Notes under the pieces: model-generated
What the model was told of the DNA's origin: nothing
Database searches by the model: none
The model's input: the letters and a program-made list of their open reading frames with translations, nothing else
Position numbers and translations under genes: made by a program
From: an uncultured virus (IMG/VR IMGVR_UViG_3300016659_000217)
Taxonomy: Duplodnaviria > Heunggongvirae > Uroviricota > Caudoviricetes
Length of the DNA: 64,000 nucleotides
Virus record (IMG/VR): IMGVR_UViG_3300016659_000217
Strand: one strand, 5' to 3'
Part shown: positions 57,401 through 64,000 of the stretch, one piece after another
Numbering within the stretch: position 1 is the first letter of the stretch
Layout of the letters: every line of letters begins with the position of its first letter

Positions 57401-58038
57401 CCGCTATACCATTGCTTTGCAGACAAGCCGACAAAATCGGCTTTCAATGCATCACTGAGGCCATAAGTGGCAATCTTATATTCCACTTGCTTTTGGTCAA
57501 CAACCATAAATGCTGTGCGTGTAGATACCTCAGTGATCCGCAGGTATTGCTCAATCTCTAAGGCTTTACCCTCATTTGAGATCAATACAATCGACTTACC
57601 GATCGATGACTCTGCTTCCTGAGGAAACATAGCCACTTGTAGAGACTTCATGCCTTTCCAATGCGTATCCAACGGTGTGCCGGCAATTTGTGCACCTTTG
57701 GCATTATAGTTTTCAATGCGGTTCTGCGCTTCTTTACGTTCATCCGTCCAACTATCGGTACTGAATAACACGGCGGAGACATTGGGATCTTGCGCATTTT
57801 GAGAGATAAATACCGTCGCACCCATTAAGACATCGGTATCGGCTGTATCGACTGCAGCATAAATCTTTTGGATAGAAGTACGGCCCGTAGTGCGGTCCAT
57901 CTCGGAAATATCATTAAACAGGTTATTACTTTGACCGTCGATAATTTCACGGCCTGAGTATTTACCCCCACCATCTTCAGCATCTGTACGAATGCGTTCT
58001 GACTCAAGGAGCTTTAAATTATGAGTTTCAATTGGCAT
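54427..58038 (-). CDS. Large tail tip/virion structural protein (1203 aa)
   Basis: DGGG...NNLFNDISEMDRTTG; repeated GxIxYxxG motifs. Confidence 0.7.
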   Translation of the reverse strand: MPIETHNLKLLESERIRTDAEDGGGKYSGREIIDGQSNNLFNDISEMDRTTGRTSIQKIYAAVDTADTDVLMGATVFISQNAQDPNVSAVLFSTDSWTDERKEAQNRIENYNAKGAQIAGTPLDTHWKGMKSLQVAMFPQEAESSIGKSIVLISNEGKALEIEQYLRITEVSTRTAFMVVDQKQVEYKIATYGLSDALKADFVGLSAKQWYSGEKSTTIIRDTIVADTGKYYSSANLKEAAQVGDYSVVAEDVYTQLVPSAQTETPMVNINAAGDSVALVKAKNGVLSKTFNNVTINTVSSLYLGSSVMPKSVEFTLFGAAITDVGGELKNAAGTSIGTINYQNGSIAWNASAGTGTTNLTINFMPAAAVTAPVESELIYVNQENIGFNWIRNLVPLPSPGSLQVSYLVQNQVYTLRDNGAGQLRGADSSFGSGSIDYDTGTMALTTGELADVGSAILLTWSNMITAQERSGLTINKAYIEIPVNDSIVAGTLTIDWLLNGVTKTATDNGQGQFSGDATGNIDYADGIAKLMPTLLPNGGTTFNVSGQKGSKSSIQVTAVPTSGTISIELDNGSAALIPKSVKVRVPVKYMNYSGEVELRDMPIDATTGRLINGAGQQQGTINYASRTMNITPSTTLEAIEREKIMQPFYGKYNTDQEAIAAGMLGMTIKYENTSETHTLSLNEVATVVTVSVSYRDSSAAQSWSDTVIGSVLKTDLTEGFAEQILAGSVRFTLASSTYVDKLGSLYRNPSVTTGAGTVAGQIHYGNGAVELSSWDVGGANNPSLETLVTQLESVQTNQVSYRAPMIPIRAQSLTLSATKVEGGVLNITPDGSGTIDTAECDGFFNFDQGYGQFVFRQKIEVTSANRAEVMAQDWYVAELEYTKDGKQWIHKPIMVLPETIKYSAVGYSYIPIDAELLGLSAVRLPIDGRVPIFRSGEIGIVSASKSQELPDYIAGQTYPLNDARISWCELEDADGIKIPFDLYTVDYDYGKVTLNGDFALGNLTGPLTAKYRYQDMGLVRDVKINGQVTFTKPLTHNYDPAHTIVGSALVIDDMQARYTRKFVQSTWDSIWKDEAVGAAISANYNDTLYPIAVTNKGNIQERWALVFTGNTSFRIIGETSGQIATGVTTEDCSPINPVTNAPYFTIKKEGWGNGWASGNVLRFNTIAANHPIWVIRTVKQSEPTVLSDSFQIMLRGDIDRVA

Positions 58039-58441
58039 CGCTTACCTCAATGAATCGCATGGTGACGTTAAAATAAGTATCAAGTGATGTTGCTGGAGTG
58101 CCTTTAACTGTAGAGCTTTCCAGCGCACCGTCTTTATGATTCCAAATCACATTGAACTCACGCTGGTCATGTGGCCACTCAAACTGAAGCGTGAATTGCT
58201 CCTGCAGGTTCTGCCATAAACGAAGCGTATTCAGGTCGCTCAGTTTGATCCAACCTTTAGTTTTATTGGCTGGCTGCAATGTGATGGGTCGACCTGAAAG
58301 TTTTTTGCCTTCTTGAATAATCAAAGCACCACTAATGGCGTACTCCTGGTTCTGCTCAATCTCAGACCAGTTTTCATCAGACCAAAAAAAACCATCCTCA
58401 AGTTGGATGGTTTCTCCTGTGGTTTTACGAATTAACTTCAT
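58028..58441 (-). CDS. Distal tail-like protein
   Basis: Directly downstream of the tape measure gene; GALIIQEG...GRPITL. Confidence 0.6.
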   Translation of the reverse strand: MKLIRKTTGETIQLEDGFFWSDENWSEIEQNQEYAISGALIIQEGKKLSGRPITLQPANKTKGWIKLSDLNTLRLWQNLQEQFTLQFEWPHDQREFNVIWNHKDGALESSTVKGTPATSLDTYFNVTMRFIEVSDAN

Positions 58442-61400
58442 TACATACTCCGTTTAAGCATTTCAAATTCACGAAGCATCTCTTCAACACTATCTACTGC
58501 TTCAGGCGTACCTTGTAGCTCTGCCGCTTTACCACCAGATTGCAATTCAAGCACTTTCTTCTCAGTCGGTTGCATGTTTTCAATTCCTTGTATATCGAAT
58601 GAAGTCGCAATAAGTGGGGCATCAGGCATTGATGGAATTTGCTGAGTTGAATCCCCACCATTCGACAGTAATGAAGCATTACCATCACCTGAGCCACGTG
58701 CTTGTGATTTCACATTCATTGCATCAGTACGCGCTTTCATCTTGGCTTTGAAATCATCCCAATGATCATTGGTAGCGTTTTGCTCAGGACTGATCCCAGG
58801 TTGCTCAGGTGAAGTCGCTTGGCTGACTTGGCTTACAGTACGCTGAGTCTCGATTGCTGCTTGCTGGATCTCACCCAGTTTAGTAACGGTGGCTTTGCCA
58901 GTAGAATCAACCTGAACATCAAGATCAAGCATATAGGCTTGTGTTGTAATCGCGCTATCAGCAATACCTTTATTGGCTGCAATGGCTTTTTCAGCATATT
59001 GCTTGAAAGCTTCTTGCTGCTGATGAAGTGTAGCTTGTCCGCTATTCTTCATTTCAGTAAAGGCTTGCTTGTACTGCTCAGCAACACCTTTAAGTTGCTC
59101 AGGGGTTTTCATGCCAAAAAGTGAAAAGGCTTCAGCAGTGGAGTTGATTCCAGATCGAGCCTCATCAGCTTTATTTTTGACATCAATTAACTGCTGACCA
59201 GCTTGTTGCAACAACCCGTCAGCCACTTTACTTCCAAGTACTCCGCGCAAGCCTTCAATCTTAAGTTTTAGAGCATCTAATTCTTGCTGATTGGTAGCTG
59301 TATTGATTGCATTTGAAATGCTCGCATCTAAAGCGCGACCAACATCCACGCCTTTATTCTTCAGCTCATCGATATTATTAGCAACAATACTTACATCACT
59401 AGATGCTTTCTCAAATGCCTTGGTGGATTTACCTTGTAGTTCCTCATAGCTCAAGCCAGTACGACGGATCGCTTCATCGAGCACGGCACCCTGAACCATT
59501 GCTGCGCCCTGTACGGAATTTGCATACTGAACATGCAAAGCGCTAGCTTCAGCCTGAAGCTTTTCAATACCAGCCCGCTGTTTTTCGACTTGAGCGTCCC
59601 AGTCTTTTTGGTTCATGTCTGAATTGGCTTTTTTCCAGTTATCCAATTCAAGTTGCTTGGCTTTAATCTTGGTGTTAATTGCTTCAAGTTGCTTTTCAAT
59701 ATTGACTGGAATTGCTGCCAAACGACCTTGAAACTTAACCAAGTCCTCGTCAGACAGAATGCCAGTTAGGGCTTTTCTAATATCCTCTGTAGCAGCCTTT
59801 CCTTGAGTCTGGAGTGCTAGTAAAGCAGTAAGTCCATCATTAATTCCTGTGGTGGTACTGAAATTGAAAGATTTTGCTATTTGCCCCAAAACATCTGAAA
59901 CCTTAGCACCTTCCTTGACAAGTTTTTCAAATTCCACAACTGTTGCTTTAGATGCCTCATTAAGACCAAGGGAGGCATTTTTAAGCATTTCAGTACGTTC
60001 AGCATTTTTTGCTTTTGCAGCCGCAACCTCTTCCTGCTTCTTACGTGAGGCTTCTTCTGCTGCAATAAATTCCTTTTCTTGATCTGCTAAAGACTTAGTG
60101 CCAGTGCTTCTTGATACAGCCCAGTCAATAAAGTCAGAACCTTGTTTTAGAAGCCATTCATCTGTTTTCTTAAGCCCGTCAACAATTAAATCACTTGCTA
60201 AAATAACACCAGCAGCTGCTGCTCCGTACGCACCAAAGCGAGAAAGAACCCCTGCAAGACTCCCCTTCAAACCATTTGCAGCAGTCGATACCCTACCAAT
60301 AACCCCAGATGCTGCTACATTTGCAGTATTGCTTGCATTTGTAGCGGCTGTGAGTTGGTTTTTCGCAACAATTGCTACCTGAGTTGCTCTGGTATTCACC
60401 AACTGCGCTTGGGTGTTTGTAACGATGGATGCAGTTTCAGTAGCAATTGCGGCTTGTGCAATTTTTACCGCATTTGCTTTTTCTAGAAAACTTGCTGCAA
60501 TACCAAGCGCTTTATAAGCTACGTAAGCCTGAGCCACCATTGTAAGAGTTGAAACCAAAACCTCGAGGTTTTCAGCTACAAATTTGATTGCTTCAGCAAC
60601 TTTTGTACTAGCCCCGGTGGCTGCATCTGCCTCCCCGATATATAAAGTCCAAGCTGTTTTTAGATTTTCAATCGACTGCCCAATGGTGATGGGCATTTTT
60701 GAAAATTCTTCATTCAGTGCTTTTGATTGACTTTCTAACGCCTTAACAATAACACTTGATGTGAGCTGACCCGTGTTAGCCATTTCACGCAGCTTACCAA
60801 TATTTACACCCAAACCATCTGCAAGAGCTCTGGCCAAACGTGGTGCTTGCTCCATAACACTGTTGAATTCTTCGCCACGAAGAACGCCTGACTGTAAAGC
60901 TTGGTTAAATTGATAAATTGCTGCTTCGTTTGAAGCCGCTAAACCACCACCTACAATTAATGACTTGTTAACTAAGTCGGTTAAATTTAATGCCCGCTCT
61001 TGTGAATATCCAAGCTGATCAGTTGCAGTTTTTACTCGGGTAAATAATTCCGCTGTCGCCGTAAGATTGGATCTTGTTTCAATCGCAATCTTTTTAACAC
61101 CCTCAAAAGCTTGAGTAAAATTCCCGCTTTTCGATGTAACAAGCCCAATTCTTGCTTCTAAAACCTTAAACTCGTCCGCGGTTCGAGCAATTTCAGTCGC
61201 AGACACACCCAAACCCAATGCAGCCATTGCGCTTGTTAGCGCATTATAGCCAGTTTTTAAACCCTGAATTTCACCACTTGCTTGCTTGGCAAAAGCCTCA
61301 TTTTTCTGAAGTTCTGCATTCGTTTTACCAAGCACTGTATCTAGATTGGCTACTTCTGGAGTAATTAGACTTAGTTCGGATTTAAAAGCACCAAAAGCTA

Positions 61401-61974
61401 AATCAGCCTGTTGAACCTCTTTCTCTAAAGCATCAATTTGTTGCTGTGCTTTAACAATATTTTCTGGCGCGGCATTAGTTTTTGAGAATTCTTCAAGTTT
61501 AGTTTTTGCAGTAGCAAGGTTTGCTTTAAGAAGATTTAGCGATCGCACAGAGTCGACACCAAACTTCTCAAAACTATTTGAAGTACCTACAACACTTGTA
61601 CCAGTGCTCTTAATAATTTCGGTTGTTTCATTGAGTGATTTAATTAAAGTTGCTGCGCGTTCACTGGCATTTTTAGGAATGATGTTACCAATTTCTGAAC
61701 CGGTGTTTTTGGCGGTATTTGCTACATCTTGTAGCTCACTACCAAGTTTGCCCAACTCACCTTTTACTTGTTCAGCTTTTTTTGGCAAGTCTGTTGGTAT
61801 GATTTTGCCAATCTCTTTTGCGGTTTCAGCGCTTGTTTGCTTTAATCGTTCGGCTTCACTTTCAATGGTTTCAAATAGTTTTTTACTAACATCTTTGGAT
61901 TGTTTAGCAGCAGCCACAAGGCCTTTACTATCGCCATCCATAATTAATTTGAATGTTAAATTTTTACCAGACAT
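58441..61974 (-). CDS. Tail tape measure protein
   Basis: QFNQALQSGVLRGEEFNSVMEQAP tape-measure domain; start placed at ATG 61974. Confidence 0.9.
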   Translation of the reverse strand: MSGKNLTFKLIMDGDSKGLVAAAKQSKDVSKKLFETIESEAERLKQTSAETAKEIGKIIPTDLPKKAEQVKGELGKLGSELQDVANTAKNTGSEIGNIIPKNASERAATLIKSLNETTEIIKSTGTSVVGTSNSFEKFGVDSVRSLNLLKANLATAKTKLEEFSKTNAAPENIVKAQQQIDALEKEVQQADLAFGAFKSELSLITPEVANLDTVLGKTNAELQKNEAFAKQASGEIQGLKTGYNALTSAMAALGLGVSATEIARTADEFKVLEARIGLVTSKSGNFTQAFEGVKKIAIETRSNLTATAELFTRVKTATDQLGYSQERALNLTDLVNKSLIVGGGLAASNEAAIYQFNQALQSGVLRGEEFNSVMEQAPRLARALADGLGVNIGKLREMANTGQLTSSVIVKALESQSKALNEEFSKMPITIGQSIENLKTAWTLYIGEADAATGASTKVAEAIKFVAENLEVLVSTLTMVAQAYVAYKALGIAASFLEKANAVKIAQAAIATETASIVTNTQAQLVNTRATQVAIVAKNQLTAATNASNTANVAASGVIGRVSTAANGLKGSLAGVLSRFGAYGAAAAGVILASDLIVDGLKKTDEWLLKQGSDFIDWAVSRSTGTKSLADQEKEFIAAEEASRKKQEEVAAAKAKNAERTEMLKNASLGLNEASKATVVEFEKLVKEGAKVSDVLGQIAKSFNFSTTTGINDGLTALLALQTQGKAATEDIRKALTGILSDEDLVKFQGRLAAIPVNIEKQLEAINTKIKAKQLELDNWKKANSDMNQKDWDAQVEKQRAGIEKLQAEASALHVQYANSVQGAAMVQGAVLDEAIRRTGLSYEELQGKSTKAFEKASSDVSIVANNIDELKNKGVDVGRALDASISNAINTATNQQELDALKLKIEGLRGVLGSKVADGLLQQAGQQLIDVKNKADEARSGINSTAEAFSLFGMKTPEQLKGVAEQYKQAFTEMKNSGQATLHQQQEAFKQYAEKAIAANKGIADSAITTQAYMLDLDVQVDSTGKATVTKLGEIQQAAIETQRTVSQVSQATSPEQPGISPEQNATNDHWDDFKAKMKARTDAMNVKSQARGSGDGNASLLSNGGDSTQQIPSMPDAPLIATSFDIQGIENMQPTEKKVLELQSGGKAAELQGTPEAVDSVEEMLREFEMLKRSM

Positions 61975-62066
61975 GGCGACCTCAATTTTTGGGCGTAAAA
62001 AAACCACCAATTGGTGGTCAAATTTAGACATTTAGAAAGCACCGTAAGGTGCTTTTAACTTACATT

Positions 62067-62603
62067 TTATGATGGCTTACAATAATCAAGGAGAAAGATT
62101 GCATTATCCATTGAGGATGACGCGACTCTTGAGTTTATATCCGATTCCTCTTTGTTGTCCTTCATAAACTCCAAAAAACCATCAATTGTGTATTCATAAG
62201 AGTTGAGGAGACTGCTTCTCATTATGTCCTCACAATCTGTCTTGGGTTGTCGCGCATCTAGATCTCTTTTTAGTTTTTGTAGCTCTTGAACAGGATCTGA
62301 TAGGCTGATTCTAGCTGTAGCTTCGGCAACTTTTAAGGTGTCCGCCCACTTTCCACTTAAATTTTTGTAAAATAAAATATCTTCACTGCTCATTTTTGGT
62401 GATTCAATTAACTTGATAGCGATTGAATCCCTTAGGTCTGGCATGCGCTTCTGTAGCTCAGCAACCTTGACCGTTTTATTCTGCTGCTCCGTGTAAGCTT
62501 GACCGCTTGCTGCAACTCTTGCAGCATCGTCCTTGTTGCTTTTGTGCATAAAATAAAAAAGACCAACAATAACAACAATAACCCCAATTAATCCGTATTT
62601 CAT
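62067..62603 (-). CDS. Membrane-anchored hypothetical protein (moron)
   Basis: N-terminal TM. Confidence 0.55.
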   Translation of the reverse strand: MKYGLIGVIVVIVGLFYFMHKSNKDDAARVAASGQAYTEQQNKTVKVAELQKRMPDLRDSIAIKLIESPKMSSEDILFYKNLSGKWADTLKVAEATARISLSDPVQELQKLKRDLDARQPKTDCEDIMRSSLLNSYEYTIDGFLEFMKDNKEESDINSRVASSSMDNAIFLLDYCKPS

Positions 62604-62612
62604 TTCTAACCC

Positions 62613-62897
62613 TCAACGACGTTCCCAAGTAATTTTTGATACACGCCCTTCACGAACGGTTACGGTATAAATCTCGTTCCCAACTTCATAAATGTAATCT
62701 GTCACTGAGATCGTAGTATTGTTGCCAGTATCAACTGTATAAGATTGTTGGTGAATAGGCTTTCCTGCTTTAATTACCAATGAGCCAACAGAATCGCCAA
62801 CTTGAACAATATCACCGCCTACACGGAAACTGCGAGTTTCAGCAGCCATGACCGAAAATGATGTTACTAATAACAAGCCAGCCAGTAATTTTTTCAT
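62613..62897 (-). CDS. Secreted DUF2845-like protein (moron)
   Basis: Signal peptide; SFRVGGDIVQVGDS..LVIKAGKP. Confidence 0.6.
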   Translation of the reverse strand: MKKLLAGLLLVTSFSVMAAETRSFRVGGDIVQVGDSVGSLVIKAGKPIHQQSYTVDTGNNTTISVTDYIYEVGNEIYTVTVREGRVSKITWERR

Positions 62898-62964
62898 TAT
62901 TTATCCAAGTTTATAAAGCATTTGGAGATAATAACGTGCTCAAATTCACATCACAATGTGAAAA

Positions 62965-63531
62965 TTACTGTTCTTTCTCAAGACTCTTAATGAAATCATT
63001 GAACTTTTTATTAATGGCATTCTGCGCCCTGGTCGCGATCGCTAAATTACGCATCTTTATACGCTCGGCTTTTTGAGCAGCTTTGAGGTAGTGTCGGAAT
63101 GAACCGTAGCTCATTTGCATGATGCTTTCATGTGAGTGGCCATTCGATGCTAACAACTGAAAAACATCAAACCAACTGCTCTTTTTACGCGGATCAATAT
63201 CATCCCGGTGTTTAAGTTTTGGCTCAGTAAAGAATGCGTCATTCACGTTGATCGCAGCATCCAATAACAAGACATTGAGTTTGCCCTCTTTCTTGAATAG
63301 ATCGATGACTTGTTCAGTGCTGTATTTCAAACAATGGGCTATCAATTGGGTTGATTCAAATGGATGAGCATCAAAGATCTTTTGTGCGGGTTCATCTGGA
63401 TGATTATTCAAAAAGTCTTTAATGACCTGCGCCGCACCCGACCACTCATCAAAGTTATGCATCCGCAGCTGGTGCACCGATAGCTCACCAACTTTGATAG
63501 GTCGATTTGAGGCAATAAAAATATCATTCAT
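62965..63531 (-). CDS. Tail assembly chaperone (putative)
   Basis: Between the tail tube and tape measure genes. Confidence 0.55.
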   Translation of the reverse strand: MNDIFIASNRPIKVGELSVHQLRMHNFDEWSGAAQVIKDFLNNHPDEPAQKIFDAHPFESTQLIAHCLKYSTEQVIDLFKKEGKLNVLLLDAAINVNDAFFTEPKLKHRDDIDPRKKSSWFDVFQLLASNGHSHESIMQMSYGSFRHYLKAAQKAERIKMRNLAIATRAQNAINKKFNDFIKSLEKEQ

Positions 63532-63602
63532 GATGAAATCTCAAAAAGTACAGGCACAAAAAAAGATGCCTAATGCATCCTATTTAAGTGCCTGTACTGG
63601 GT

Positions 63603-64000
63603 TTATGCAGCTTTAGGGATTTGGGTGTAATAGCCGTATAAGCCAAGTGCACCATCTTTATCTTTGGTTAGATCACCAAGGGCATCACCACTAATTTCGT
63701 ATGAACCAAACTCTTCATGAATTAGGCCAAAGCTCGAATCAGGTGTCTTCACTGTACGGTGCAAGGCTAAGAACACTTTGTCTTTGCTGATCTTATCAAT
63801 GCCCTCAAAGAACAATGCATATTCAGCACCGAAATCAGATGCAATCGTAGTATGGGTCACGGCGCCAGTCGTGTATCCAATAACAACCTTTGGCAAATCA
63901 TCAAGAAACTCGATAGTGCCATAAACCGCATCTAGCTTATATTTCGTTGATTCAATAGGAACGGGTGTTGATGATCCATCAGTCACTGTTGGTACAGTTA
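63603..64000 (-). CDS. Major tail tube protein, C-terminal part (runs off the window)
   Basis: FFEGID...LHR...GLIHEEFGSYEISGDAL. Confidence 0.6.
   Translation of the reverse strand, partial: TVPTVTDGSSTPVPIESTKYKLDAVYGTIEFLDDLPKVVIGYTTGAVTHTTIASDFGAEYALFFEGIDKISKDKVFLALHRTVKTPDSSFGLIHEEFGSYEISGDALGDLTKDKDGALGLYGYYTQIPKAA

Larger units (their letters stand above)
41558..64000. mobile_element. Prophage 2 (partial; continues beyond the window)
   Basis: Second lysis cassette, tail genes and tape measure unrelated to prophage 1; begins at the tRNA fragment. Confidence 0.85.

Overview
Almost all of this window is prophage DNA, most likely from an Acinetobacter chromosome (inferred from the pdif-like XerC/XerD sites, the tRNA-Val sequence and the phage protein families). 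Two 3'-half fragments of tRNA-Val(GAC) on the minus strand (1003-1047, degenerate; 41558-41602, intact to CCA) delimit a ~40.6-kb, apparently complete HK97-like siphoprophage (prophage 1). It has integrase/xis, cI-cro-cII, a replication initiator with iterons, Q, HNH, terminase, portal, protease, capsid, tail, holin and endolysin. A second, unrelated prophage (prophage 2) starts at ~41.6 kb and runs off the right edge; its visible part carries accessory genes, SRAP-umuD-umuC, a SAR-endolysin/spanin lysis cassette and tail genes. Cargo includes a two-gene Lamassu-like system in the lambda-rexAB position, a DUF262+HEPN pair, a TIR-like protein, a PliG-like lysozyme inhibitor and many small immunity-like ORFs. 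The most unusual signal is two arrays of XerC/XerD pdif-like sites inside prophage 1 (8.4-9.9 kb and 40.2-41.3 kb) that bracket single immunity-like genes, i.e. a candidate phage-borne, host-Xer-driven gene-cassette system. Also notable is an unannotated 33-aa lipoprotein after the endolysin of the spanin-less prophage 1, whose homologue is decayed in the spanin-containing prophage 2. All family assignments are by-eye motif recognition; no database searches were run.
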